The notes under the pieces were generated by a model. The model was not told the origin of the DNA, made no database searches, and saw only the letters and a list, made by a program, of their open reading frames with translations. Positions 33,176 through 46,764 of a stretch of 64,000 nucleotides of DNA are shown in pieces (position 1 is the first letter of the stretch; each line of letters starts with the position of its first letter). Both the position numbers and the translations under genes were made by a program. The DNA comes from Squalus acanthias (taxonomy: Eukaryota): assembly GCA_030390025.1 (NCBI GenBank), contig CM059432.1, positions 46,998,001-47,062,000 of the forward strand, read 5' to 3'.

Positions 33176-35054
33176 TGAAGGGATTTTTACCAATCCTAGC
33201 CCCTTTAGGGCTACCCTGGATCAGGCGTATTTCTCAAGACGTTCACTTTCAACTAAAGTTTGAGGTAGCCGAATTCTAAAGACGCTTAATTGGGTCTAAA
33301 GGTCCGGACTATCTCTTCCTAAAGGAAAGGAACAACCCGAGAATGTTACCGTCCTCCAGATAGCGCTTTTAATAAGTTTAGCTAGACTGTAACGTTCCGG
33401 ATATTATGAGGGTCCGGAAAACTCCCCCCGAATTCTGTAACTCTCCACCAAAGAGTGTACAGAGATTGAGTTCGCAAATTTTTGATACAGAAGTCTTATG
33501 TGAGACAATTCGAAAAATATATAGGGCCGAAAATTGATCCCGGGACGCGAGAGTACGCACTGCGTACTCTCGCGTATTCCCACTCCAATTGCCGGTTTTC
33601 TGCATGCCCTGCGCATGCGCTGAAAACCGGCAATTGCTCTTCTGAAAAGGGGGCGGGGCCTGAATGCATCGCGTGCGCGCTACAGGCTGCGCGCACGCTG
33701 TGCACTTCATGCTTTGGACGCGCAGGTAAGTAGGGAAGATTTTGGAAATGTAAAAAGGAGGAGTAAGACCCGCTTTTAAGAAGGTAAGTAGTGAATTAAG
33801 TATTTTTTTGAATTTTTTTTTACAGGTATATCTTTTTTAGAGACTTTAAAGACAGGTAAGTTTATTTTTATAACTTTTTAAAAGATTTTAAATTTTTTCA
33901 AAAATTTAATTTTTTATTTAAAATGGTTAATTTAATTAACTATACTTATTTTATTAATGTGATGGGTTTTTTTTTTAATTTAATTGAGGTTTAGCTGTTA
34001 TTTTGGGGGGGGTGTAAGATTCATAGATTTCACAACCATGCTGTGAGACTTATGAATGGAAGATGGTGTGCTGCCATTGGCTCTAACTGAGTCACGTGAT
34101 CCCACAGCTCGCACGAATTCACTACGCCGCTGGGATACGCAAGCCCAGCACAGCTGATGTCTGGAACATCAAGTTTGTGCGAGCTGGATCTGAAAAAGCA
34201 TAAGCGAGGTGAGACATCACGGGGAAGGCTTACCCCCGCGGGAACAGAGCGAGATCAATTTCTGGGCCATTGATTTATTAAAGAACCGACATGCAATTTA
34301 CAGTTGGTGAGTCAATCGCAACATTAACAGTTCCAAAAAGAGAAAACTTACGATCCTATTATCAGAGAATCTTACTTTTAAATCTTAACTTCACTACAGT
34401 ATTACAGTTCTTAAAGTTCTTATGCAGGCAGGATATCCACCAATATCAAATACCTTTGATCCCCGAGGTACAAAGAGTGGTAGACTACAGAGCCGTCTCT
34501 GAAGCCGAGAATCGCTTTGCCCAATTAAAGCGAGTCTGTTATCCCGTTCAATATTTGTACCTTTTTCCAGTGGTATTTCCTTTAAGGTTTTCTGCTGATG
34601 CAAGCTAATTATCTCTAGTCATTTTTCTGCCGACCTCTGCAACTGTTACTGCCACCTCAGCCAGACTCATGTCTCATCTCTAGGTGTTCTAAGGTTACCA
34701 TTTCAAAACGGTGTGACGGCAGGTGTTCCTTACTTTATGTCATCTTTACGAGGGCAGATGTTCCTTATCTTATGTGCTTCTTTACGAAGTGTAAATTAGA
34801 ACACCTTATCCAGGGTGAACCATTGTTTTTTTCCCAAAAGGTCAGCTTGTCGGAGCCCTTCACCTTCTGTTTCAATAAGGTTATTTATTCAGGGTCAACA
34901 ACTGTCTTATCTCAATAGCCAGAATTCTTTCATAGCTATTTCATAGTTAGGTTTCTAAATTTCCAAACCCAGTTTGACATGTTTTAATAAGGCCAGAATT
35001 CTTTCATAAGATAGTGTATTTTTCTGAATAGGTTATATGGCTTATTCCTTCACA
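33176..35054. mobile_element. Probable solo LTR (~1.13 kb once the nested MITE is removed)
   Basis: TG..CA ends, 4-bp TSD GTTC (33172-33175, 35055-35058), interrupts a CR1, internal short direct repeats. Confidence 0.5.
33524..34268 (+). mobile_element. MITE family B copy
   Basis: TIR GGGCCGAAAATTGATC..GATCAATTTCTGGGCC; near-identical to the reverse complement of 56001-56745. Confidence 0.8.
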
Positions 35055-36350
35055 GTTCAACGTTAGCAGTCCTCCGGCACCACACCTGTAGCCAGAGAGG
35101 ATTGGAAAGTATTCATTAAGAACCATACCCACATCTTCGCCTCCACACACAAGCTTCCTTTTTGGTCTCTAATAGGCCCTACTCTTTCTTTAGTTATCCT
35201 CTTGCTCTTTATGTATTTATGTAATTATGCTCCTCTAAGTGAAAGGATGAGAGGTTGCGAACCACTGCTGTTCTTGAGACTCTATGATCCCTCTGACAGG
35301 AATCTCAACTACTATTAATGTCCCTTAATCAGTGCTACGATGCTCCTGTGTGTGAGTGGTGCTTCTTTCAGAGATGGCCCTAGAAGCCACTTCTGCAGAG
35401 TCTGCCGCGGGCACACAGCTCATGCTGATAACTCAGTCAATTGCCCCTTTGCAAAGACCACTGTTGGAGGATATCTCCTCACTACAGGAGAGTTTTCTGT
35501 GCTTTTTGGGAGCTCTCAATTTTCACTGCAATCATGAATAGTGCTGCTGTCTCACTGCTGGCAGAATCCATACAGGACATCCGTGCATCCTTCCTTCCCA
35601 GTACCTAAGGAAGAGAATCAAGGGCCTTCTCCACATTGTCCATATGTTCAATCAGCCTTTCTTGAAACGGAAGAAGCCTAAGCATTCTACCTCGAGGAGA
35701 CTGAGGAGGCTGCTCTGCTCCTGCCATCCTCTGACCGGTGGCTATCTCTACTATCCCTTCCTCACTTTCTACGTCTTCTTTACCACTGTGCTGGACAAGT
35801 ATTCAGTGCTTGCTTCTGCCTTTCCACAGCTGCAAATTCCAAGATGCTAGTATATGTGTTGACGCTAAGTGCAAATGCAAGTAGTGATATTAGATGCTCT
35901 GGTATATGGTGCTGCTCTGGTTCAGGCTATGCCACACTACTTCCTGTGCCATCATCTGTAAACAGAACAGCTGGTACATTTACTAGTGCATTAATACACA
36001 TTACCAATTTATTATTACCTTTGGAAGTAATGATATGGAAAATCGATGTGCTCGGTGAAAAGATTAAGCCATTCATGTTAACTGATCCACAAATCAAGAG
36101 AAAGTAACGTGAATTTACAACATACCAGAGTACAAGCATCTCTCCCTCAGTTCCTCAACAGCCTTCAATGATGTCCATATCACCTTTGTTCAAAAATTGT
36201 TGGGGGTTTCATTATGTTGCAGCCCTATCTGGTGTCACTGAGCATGCTGTTGTTTTTCTACATAAATGGAAAGACAGTATTGACTCATGTAATGTTGAAT
36301 TTGTTTTCCTGCATTATAGTGGCAGCACAATGCAAATAAAAAAAAATATT

Positions 36351-36497
36351 GGGGGTAAATTTCGCTGGGGTTCTCCCGATCGTCTGCCATAACTTCAGCA
36401 GAAGAGTTGCAGAAACCCTGGAAAATCAACGTAAACACCGACTCTTTTGCCAAAGGTACAGTGGACATGTGGGTGAACCCTCATGGAAATTCACCCT
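36351..36497. mobile_element. Short hairpin-like MITE
   Basis: GGGGTAAATTTC..GAAATTCACCC imperfect TIRs. Confidence 0.5.
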
Positions 36498-37342
36498 TTA
36501 CCTTAATTATGGCAGTGTAATGCTAAGTATGGCTTCTGATGGCAATGTTTTCATTACGTTATGGTGCCAGGTTAAAAAATGTGAATACAGTAACTAATAC
36601 AGGGTGCAATATTTGCACATCCATTTCCGCATTACCTGGGTGGCTATTTTCAAATCATGGTATTTATTTCTCATACCCTTCCAGGGCCTTTGGGCTTCTG
36701 AGCAGGTGTTGATATGTTCAGTAAAGCAAGTCCAAAGAGTTTAGATACTTCTTTAGTAGGCCACCTTATGGTCCCAAAAAGACCATCTTGTTTGTCATGG
36801 ATTCTATCAGGGTGAATAATGAGATCATGATCTAAAAAAATGTGTCTTTGAATGTTGCAAGCAGCCATTGCCCGTGCCTTCCAATTTCCTCACTGCATAG
36901 CTCTATTTACTCAGAAACTGCTCTACTCAGAAATACGGGTAATTAAATAGCTCATTGACTGTTTGACATTTATGAAAATAAGCATCTACTAGGTGACATT
37001 ACCAAATTCACGATCTAGCAATCTAACCAAAGGAAACCAGATCCTCTTGCCAGTTTGATATACAGGTGCTACTCACAAACTGAAATAGTTGAACTTTAAT
37101 ATTTTTATCCAAAATATGGCTATATGTATTGCCATTCACCCTGTGTCAAAAGCACCACCTGCAGGCTGGGTCAGGGAATGGCATTGAAACTGAAAATCGA
37201 TTCACTGAGACAATATAATTGCATGAGCAACTTCACCATCATAGTTTTAAGATAAATGGTAAACAAAGTTTGAAGATATTTGTACTGTGTTGAAATGTTT
37301 ATTCCTGCTATTTTGTTATAATTATTAAATACTGTATTTCAG

Positions 37343-37551
37343 ATCGGCTTTACGTGGTGTGGCTGTTTTTTGTGGTACTAGCCTGGAACTGGAACTGCTG
37401 GTTTATTCCTATGCGCTGGGCTTTCAACTATCAGACACCACAGACTCTTCCCTTCTGGTTAACCATGGATTATATCTGTGACTTCATCTATCTGCTTGAT
37501 ATGTCAGTATTCCAGGTCCGAATGCAGTTTGTGAAACAAGGAGACATAATA
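37343..37551 (+). CDS. CNGB3: CNGB3 coding exon, S1-S2 ([27 protein letters not shown])
   Basis: tttcag / gtaagt, 209 bp, WNWNCW.IP motif of CNG beta subunits; size matches my recollection of the orthologous human exon. Confidence 0.9.
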
Positions 37552-37894
37552 GTAAGTTCCTCTTTCATCAGACAATTTCAAATAATCATGTAATGTTTTT
37601 GTTGAACTAGGCATGTTTTGATGAAGAATGAGTAGTGGCTCTAAATGCACCACTGATGTACAGAATCGAGCCATATCGAAATGGAAGATCCCATGTTTTT
37701 TCACCAGTATCTGGTGAATTAGTTGGTCTCCATTAAAGCAGTAGTGGGGGTACTACAATTGGCTTCACTGTCCCTGGGTAGGAAAGGGAAAATTAAGCCA
37801 GAATTTCTGGTCCTGATTGCCATCCGATGATAAGTACTGGAAAGTGCACAGAGCAGACTTTCCTCTTTTGCACTTGGCCATTAAATGACTGCAG

Positions 37895-39003
37895 CGGTTC
37901 AAGAATTATTTGAAGAGGTAACAGAGAGAATAGACAAGGGTAATGTAGTAGATGTAATTTATCTAGAATTTCAAAAGGTCTTCGATAAGGTACCACATAA
38001 TAGACTAATGAATAAGGTCAGAGAATGCAGAGTCAGGGGACAAGTAGCAGAAACAGAGCGTAGGGGTAAAGGGTAGCTATTCACAGTGGTAGAAGGTGGG
38101 AAGTGGTGTTCCACAAGGATTTGTGCTGGGACCACTGTTGTTCACAATTTATATTAATAATTTAAACATTGGAATCAAAAACACAATTTCTAAATTTGCG
38201 GATGACACCAAACTGGGGGTGATAGTTAATACTGAGGAGGACTGCAACAAATTATAGGAAGACATTAATAAACTTGCAGAATGTGCATATAATTGGCAAA
38301 TGAAATTCAACACAGATAAATGTGAGATATTACATTTTGGTAGGAAGAATAGGGAGGTCACTTATTAATTGGAGGGTGCGGGTCTAAGTGGGGTAGAGGA
38401 ACAAAGGGATCTCGGAGTACAAATACACAAATCACTAAAAGTTGCGACACTGGTTAACAAGGCCATAAAAAAAAACAGGTACTAGGGTTTATTTCTAGAG
38501 GGATAGAATTGAAAAGTAGTGAAGTTATGCTAAACTTGTATCGAACCTTGGTTAGACCACGCTTGAAGTACTGTGTACAATTCTGGTCGCCATATTATAA
38601 AAAGGATATAGAGGCACTGGAGAGGGTGCAGAGAAGATTTACAAGGATGATACCAGAAATGCAAGGGTATACCTATGAGGAAAGGATGAAGAGCATAACT
38701 AGAGGCCATCAATAAAATATAGTCACCAAGAAATCAAATAGGGAATTCAGAAGAAACTTCTTTACCCAGAGAGTGGTGAGAATGTAGAACTCGCTACCAC
38801 AGGGAGTAGTTGAGGTAAATAGTATAGATGCATTTAAGGGGAGGCTAGATAAGCATATGAGGGAAAAGGGAATAGAGGGTTATGCTGATAGAGTTAAATG
38901 AGGAAAGACGGGAGGAGGCTCGAATGGAGCATAAATGCCAGCATGGACTGGTTGGGCCAAATGGCCTGTTTCTGTGCTGTATATCCTATGTAATCCTATG
39001 TAA
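37895..39003 (+). mobile_element. CR1 3' fragment
   Basis: DVIYLEFQKVFDKVPH, LVRPRLKYCVQFWSP; (atcctatgta) tail. Confidence 0.75.
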
Positions 39004-42000
39004 GAAGGAGGCTTGCCACCACCTTCTCAAGGGCTGCACAATCAATGCCGTCTTTGCGAGCGATGCCGATATCCCGAGAATGAATTTTAAAAATCATCTG
39101 GACAAATTAAGTGCCTGTAATAGATCCCGGCCGATTTTCCATCCAATTAAGGATAAGATCAGGCTCAGCTATGATGCCCTGCACAGTTGAAGAATCTTGC
39201 CAACATTCATTGTCAAAGCTCACACATAAAGATTGAGTGAGCTACTGAAGGATTTCCAGGGCCCATGGAGCCATACCTCAGCTTTAGTAAGTACCTTTAA
39301 AGGAGGTGGGCAAAAAAGGGAGGAAATGAGAAAACTGGATAGTAGAGAATGGCCTTGGCATCCCTCATTGGCAGGATTCTTGCTGAATGTGGGAAAGGCT
39401 GCTGGGTCGACTCTGCTGTGACCCCCTCCTGTTTTGCTGGTCCTGGGTTAATTATGTATTCAGAGAGGGCTCCCAGCAAAATGTAAGGCTTGAAGCGTTC
39501 CACTGTGTGGGAGGGATATCCACTTAATAAAGCTGCTTAACAGGATCAGCTGAAAATAAAACAAAATTAGTTTGATGACAGAATATTTTGAGAAGATGTG
39601 TGTTCCCCTTTGACTGAGGAAAATTTTTGAGCGGGAGGTTGAAAAAATAACTGACTCACATTTTCAACAGCCAGAGTTCCTGCTCCTGAATGCCATCCAG
39701 TGACTGCAAAGTTGACTGAGATATGGAAATAGCAATAGATTTGTAACCTGTAGCATTAATTTGTAAGTTACCCTGCTTCAAATAATACTTATGAGGAGAT
39801 GTGGAGGCAGCTGAAGAGCACCAGAAAGTGGAAGGAAGTCCTTATAATCATACTCACCACCTGGCTCCTGCTGCCATTCATGCAGGTGTTGTTCTCCAGA
39901 GACAGAACTGGGGCAGTGACTAAGGAAAATGAGCCGCCAGACAAAGCCCCACCTTCCTGCTGTCGCTAACATATGGTGGGATGGGTAAACAGCAACCAGG
40001 TCACTCCACTCCAAAAGACTGGAGGTAAATTTGTGCAGTCATTTTTAGGGGTAAAGATTCGGCAGTCTCTCTGCTCCATTTTCCACCTCTGTACCAGTTG
40101 AAAACAGTCAGTATTCAGGAAGAAAATCCAGCCCATGCCTTAGTATTTCCAAATTTAAAGTAGATAATTTTTTGAATATGTTAAATTTATTGCATTATAA
40201 GAGAATACTTATTTGTAGGAATACAAGTTGAACTGAACTCAAAGCCGAAATTGTTCTAATACTCAATTCTGCTTTGCTGTTGGTCTGATCATTTCTGCCT
40301 TTATTATCCCACTTAAGATAGTGACAGCTAAGTATTCACCTTCAGCCAGGACATCAGAACCATCTCAGCCATTGGCTTATCTATGATCCCTGTCAGTGGT
40401 GCTCAGGGTCAGCTGAAGGCAGATGAATGAACAAGCTCTCCCTCTTGCCATAACCTCATAGAGGGGCTCTGAATTTAGTGGTCTGGTGAAAAACTGACAA
40501 AATTCAATTCCAGCAGTGGATTAAAGCCCTGGAGACAACATCTCACCTGGAGGCAAGTGATGGCATATGGGCCAACAGGTGGTTCACAATGGGCATTTTT
40601 AAAATCAAAGTAATTTTTGCTGGTCTTTTCCCAACTATGTGCAAAATGTGACAAGTGTATGAAATATGCAAATAAGAGAGCATTATACATGTTCGATCCC
40701 CTTAAGGAAATAGGAACATTTTGGTTGTAGTAAACTGCAGCAAAGTACTTTATCTGTTAATCCATGGACCCTTTCCGTACCTTACACTTTCATGAAGTGT
40801 TTAACTGGTGGCTAGTTGACACAGATGGTTTATCATCTCTTTCCCAACTAGATGGTTGTGAGCTGAAGTCCCCGGAATGCATGTCACTCAAGTCTACCTG
40901 TCACTGATAAGAGACAAATTTAGTTTTTTCTGGACCATCTCACAAGATCGAAAGCTTTGCTATGGTGGAATACTTTGTCAAGGGAAGGGTAAAGCTGAAA
41001 CCACTTGCTCAGCTACAATTGTATCTGGTCTCAATGAATCATAGAGTGGCAATGACAGCTGTGGGACAAAAACTAAAAATCCGTAAAGAGAAGTACACAT
41101 CAATCAGTTCTAGCTCAGTAAAGACTCTCACTATGGAACCGGCAAGTTAAATAACTCATTCACTACACATCGCCATTAAGCTGTTCTGACAACCCATGGC
41201 CATTGCATGCAGTTGCAATACTGCCATCATTTGGTGGACTCTCCGTTCCATGACCTGTATTGGGATTGATGCTAAACTGCAGCTTCAGTAGAGCAATTAG
41301 TGAAAAGAAACTTCAAATACAACTTCACAATAAATAGAATCTTGAAGCACAACTAAAAATCTAAAGAATGAGCTATTGAAAGTGTTAATTGTGTTTGTGT
41401 CACTAAAATCCATGGGGGTGTTAACACAGCAATTTGCACCTACCACTGAACGCTGCCACTAAACCCACCAAAAGTTTGCCAGTCAGGATGTCAGATCTCC
41501 GGGAGCAAGCCGTTCAGTGTTAGGGCACATCTACAGTGATTCCCTACCTCACCAATGATCCTGGAAATGCATGTGGAAGCTGGCTGAACTGGGGGGGAGG
41601 GTTGGCAGGCCATCCTCTGACTCCATTAAGTGGTGGATTGTGACCCCCTATGTAAGGGTGGACACTTAAAAAAAATTTAAAAATTAAAAACCCTCTATTT
41701 TTGGGTGTCCAATTCTCCAGTCAAGTTCACTTCAGAAGGCTGGTATGTCTCATCTCACTCGAAGTACCAGCCTTCAAATATACACCTGATCCCTTTAAGG
41801 CCAAGGAACCAGGAACTCCCACCAATAGAGAGTCCCTGCCTGCTCCATATCAGTGGCCTTGTTTGAAATGGGATGAGGATCCAAACCCAAGCAAGGCAAT
41901 TGAAAATTCCTACGTATGGCCAGGACCCGGCATTTCAGGGTCCTGGTGAAGTTTGCAGTCATTCCAACGGACTCCTGCCAGAAGCTGGAGTCCACTGGAG

Positions 42001-42873
42001 TCCACTTGAACTCCTGAGCTATTTTGGTGCCGGAGTCTTCAAAGTGCTGTCCGCGGGCAAAGCCTCTTTTACTGAATTTACTGGTATGTTCCACTGTTTT
42101 TCTCAGACTTGTTAATAGCTTACACATTCACCTCTGCACATTCAACAAAGCTAAAAAGCGTTATCATCCAAAATGCTAGCCTATCTGCGACTCTACAGTG
42201 GGGCATTTTATTGCGAGGTACATTGTACAGAAGACTAAAGTTAAAGGCCAAAACATTCAGTATTTATTAAAACAAAAGCAAAATACTGCGGATACTGGAA
42301 ATCTGAAATAAAAACAGAAAATGCTGGAAACACTCAGCAGGTCAGGCAGCACCCGTGGAGAGAGAAACAGATGTTTTGATGAAAGGTCATCGACCTAAAA
42401 CTTTATTTTAGTATTATTTATCCTGTTTCTTGAGCTAATAGAGCATACCATACATTCTCTGTGAACAGTTACAGCAACATGAATTTAAACTATTTTTAAA
42501 CTTAGCCTGTACGATTCGTAGAAGGATTACATGAATGGCACTGATTTTCTTTCATTATTTCCCATTTACATGGTAACACTTCTGCAACAATCTTTCTCAT
42601 TTCGTTTTCCTTTGTTACAGTACATTAGTCTTTTTTTTCATTGTCTTTAGCCTTTTGTAAAATTTATATGAAAATATGAAACAAAATTCCCCTCTAGGGA
42701 GTTACAAATAGGAAATGAAGGTACCTAACTATTCACTATGCTCTTGCAGAAGGAGTTGTGCTACTGTTGCTATGACAGCTTGTTTGTTGATGACTCCTGC
42801 TTATTCAGAGCATCCAATTTGTCCACAGATGCAGGGCCTCCCTGGTTTGTTTTGTCATCTTAAAGCATGTAAA

Positions 42874-43512
42874 AGAAAAAGACTTGCATTTATATAGCAC
42901 CTTTCACAACCTCAGGACGTCCCAAAGTGCTTCGCAGCCAATGAAGTACTTTTTGTTTAAGTGCAGTCACTGTTATAATGTAGGAAACGCAGCAATCAAC
43001 TTGCACGTAGCAAGGTCCAACTAACAGCAATGTGATAATGATTAGTTTTTAGCTATGGTTGAGGGATAAATATTGGCCAGCACACTGGGAGAACTCCTCT
43101 GCTCTTCTTTAAATGCTGCCATGGGATCTTTTACGTCCACCTGAGAGGAATGACAGAGCCTTGGTTTAACGCCTCATCCAGAAGGTGGGACCTCCGACAG
43201 TGCAGCACTCGCTCAGTGTCTGAAGTGTCAGCCTAGATTTGTTTGCTCAAGTCTCTGGAGTGGGGCTTCAACCCACAACAAGTGGTGAGACAATGTGGAA
43301 CTCACTACCACGGGGAGTGGTTGAAGCAAATAGTATCGATGCATTTAAGGGGAGGCTAGACAAGCATATGAGGGAAAAGGGAATAGAGGGTTATGCTGAT
43401 AGATTTAGATGAGGAAAGACGGGAGGAGGCTCGTGTGGAGCATAAACGCTGGCATGGACTGGTTGGGCCAAATGGCCTGTTATATGCCGTATATCCTATG
43501 TAATCCTATGTA

Positions 43513-43543
<31 letters not shown>

Positions 43544-43563
43544 ACTGAGCCACTGCTGACACC
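42874..43563 (-). mobile_element. tRNA-headed Deu-type SINE (SacSINE1-like) with nested CR1 3' end (~43280-43512)
   Basis: - strand head ggtgtcagcagtggctcagtggtagcac; L2-like tail gtgctatataaatgcaagtc. Confidence 0.6.
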
Positions 43564-43770
43564 AATAGCTCAGTAATGGAATGGTAAACAAAAATCACAC
43601 ACATTATAGCAATGATTCTGTTCTAAACATTTCAGTAATAGAGTTTTCACTTGTAGCACTCAGTAAACATGATAGAGCAGCTCTGATCACAGGAGAGAGC
43701 AAAATCATGTATTGTCTTTAATGGAAGTTTCATGCTGATATAAATACACAACATCCTCCTGCCATTTAAT

Positions 43771-44511
43771 GGCCCAAAAATTAGTGCCGCTACGCGAGAG
43801 TACGCACTGCGTACTCTCGCGTATTCTGTCTCCAATTGCCGGTTTTCTGCATGCACTGCGCATGTGCTGAAAACCGGCACTTGGTGAATGGAAAAGGGGG
43901 CAGTTCCTAGCTGAACCGCGTGCGCGCTACAGGCTGCGCGTATGCAGTGCACTTAGTGGTTTCAACGCGCAGGTAAGTACGGAAGATTTTACACATAAAA
44001 AAAGGAGGAGTAAGACCCACTTTTAACAAGGTAAGTAGTGAATTAAGTATTATTTTGAATTTTTTTTAACAGGTATATCTTTTTTAGAGACTTTAAAGAC
44101 AGGTAAGTTTATTTTTATAACTTTTTAAAAGATTTTAAATTTTTTCAAAAATTTAATTTTTTATTTAAAATGGTTAATTTATTTAACTATACTTATTTTA
44201 TTAATGTGATGGTTTTTTTAAAAATGTAATTGAGGTTTAGCTGTTCTTTTGGGGGGTATAGATTCATAGCTTTCACAGCACTTATGTGAAAGTTATGAAT
44301 GGAAGATGGTGTGCTGCCATTGGCTCTAACTGAGTCACGTGATCCCACAGCTCGCACGAATTAACTACGCCTGTGGGATACGCAAGCCCAGCACAGCAGC
44401 TGTCCAGAACATCAAGTTCGTGCGAGCTGGAACTGAAAAAGCCAACGCGCAGTGAGAGATCGCGGGGCAGCCTTACCCTCGCACGAAGGCTTCCTCACGA
44501 ATTTTTGGGCC
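43771..44511 (+). mobile_element. MITE family B copy (diverged subfamily)
   Basis: GGCCCAAAAATT..AATTTTTGGGCC, TSD AAT. Confidence 0.8.
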
Positions 44512-46764
44512 AATGTAGTAACTAAAAAGTGTACCTAATTATGGCCGGTAATTTAATTTTGCCTGGCACACAACTGAATTGGGCACAGCAAGTTAAATTG
44601 GAATTCATAAAGTCTGAGTTTGGCAACTCAACCTGAACCAGCTCACAGTACTAAAAAAATTTCACACTCATTGTGGAACATAGACATTTTGCATTGACAA
44701 TGCACCGTCAGTGGAAGCAGCACAGTACCTCCATCACCCATGACATACTAGGATATAAAGAAAGAAAGTATTTTCACTCATATAGCACCATAAGGACATC
44801 CCAAAGTGCTTTACATCCACTTAGTTGCTTTTGAAGTGCAATTATTGTTGTTATGCAGGCAAATGCACAAGACAATTTCTGCTCAACGTCCCACAAACAA
44901 TTAGTGATATGTTGATATGTTAATATGACTTGTATTTTGTGCTGTTGGTTCAGGGAAGAATGATAGCCAAGATACCAGGAAAACTTACTGCTTTTCTTCA
45001 AATACAACTATCTTTTATGCCCCCATTGAACAGAGTCTCATCTTAAATAGAGCACCTCTGACAATGCAGCACCCCCTCAATACCGCTCTTATGTGCCAGC
45101 TGAACTTAGCCTAGCTGAAGTCCTGGAGTGCACCCACAAGTCCAGCAGGGTGGAACTTCTGCACACCAAGGTCCCAGCATTGACCTCATCCCAAATCTCA
45201 CGGACAGGGTCATTAACATAAAGGAGTGGGATGCCTGCACCATTAACAGTGCTTCCTGGGCATCCTTTCTGCTTGCACTTTATGCCTCCTTTTATAAAAC
45301 AAAGAATCTCATATGCATTTGTTTACAGTTTTATCAACTTGAACTCACTTTTCAAGAATTGTGTATCTGAACCCCAAAACCTCTCTGCGTCTCCTTTTAA
45401 AATTTTACATTTGATGTATATTTTCTCTACTTAGTCTTTTCCCAAAATGTATCATCTCACATTTAAACATTAAATTTAATCTGACGTCTAGCTGACAAAT
45501 CTACTGGTATAAGTGGTGCTGGCCCTGGCACGCCCAGTTGAACCAGGATTGGTTTTCTGGCTTGATAGTGATGGAGGAGTGAGAGGATGTGCCAGGTCTT
45601 GAGATTACAGATTATGGTGCAATGCACTGAAGTAATTACTCAAGTACTTCATGGATGCATAGTTTTGGGCTGTGAGATATGTCTTTAGAACAGATGCAGT
45701 GCCACACTACACGATGGAGGGTGTCTTCACTGTGGAAACAAGACTTCACACAGACTGTGTGGTAGTCACTCCGGCCAATGCTATCATGAACAGACATGTC
45801 TGCAACAGGTAGGTTGGCGAGAATGAGGTCAAGTAAATTGCACCCTTGTGTTGGTTCGCTCATAACTTGATGCGGGTCCAGGCTGGGAGTATCGTCTTTC
45901 AGGACTCGGCCAGATCAGTCATTGATGGTACTACTCAGCCACTCTTGGTGGTCCTCCATCCAGAGTACACTCTGAAACCTTGCTTCTTCCAACTGTTATT
46001 GAATACAAAAGAATAGTGATTCATCAATTGGGAGTGGGGGAGCTGCGGCAGCTGATTAACAGGAGGTTTCCTTGGCCTTGTTTGACCTGAAACCCTGAAA
46101 TTCCATTCCATCCAGAGTCAGTATTAAGACTCCCATTTGGCTGTCTACCACTTTGCCTCACCTCTGGTGGGTTTATCCTGCCAGTGCATACCCAGTGATG
46201 GTAATGAAGGAGTATGAGATGTTGGCTAATCAATATGATTTCACCAATACATCAGGTTGTTGGACAGTTCTCTCAATTTGGACACCAGTCCTCTGATATT
46301 AGTGAGGAGAACTTTGCAAGATCAACTGTGAGGTGATTGCTTGAGTCTTGTCCTGATCTGTTTCCAATAGTTCCATTTGATATTTTTCCTTTTTATTGTG
46401 CTTTGTATTCATTGTTTTATAACTGAGGGTTTTAATAGTTCACTATAGAGGGCCTTAAGAGACATCCACATAGTGTGGGACGGGTGTCATGAGTAAGCCA
46501 GACTGGGTAGGGGTGGCATGTTCCCTTCCCGGAAGAATATCATTGAGCAATTGGGTTTTACTGCAATGTGGCAGTTTTTATGGTAATTTTTTTCTGATAT
46601 CTGTCTACAAGTTACAAGATTAATTGAATTCACTTTCACAGTTCACTATGATAAGATTAGAACTAACTTGTTGGCCCAGACTGCATGCAACACCTAAACT
46701 CCCCCGTAGTTTCCCCAGGTTGCACTTCATCAGTAGTGTTCTGTAACAGCAACAACAGCATCAA

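Noticed and set aside
33378..33733. ORFs over MITE B (also 43647-43952, 56533-56936) and MITE C (25328-26829)
   Set aside because: Open frames arise from GC-rich palindromic non-coding repeats and cross element boundaries
37343..37551. Assignment to CNGB1
   Set aside because: Some residues are CNGB1-like, but ADAQL..RMR.RT.LYK, DRLY and ASIIPFD favour CNGB3; a phylogeny would settle it
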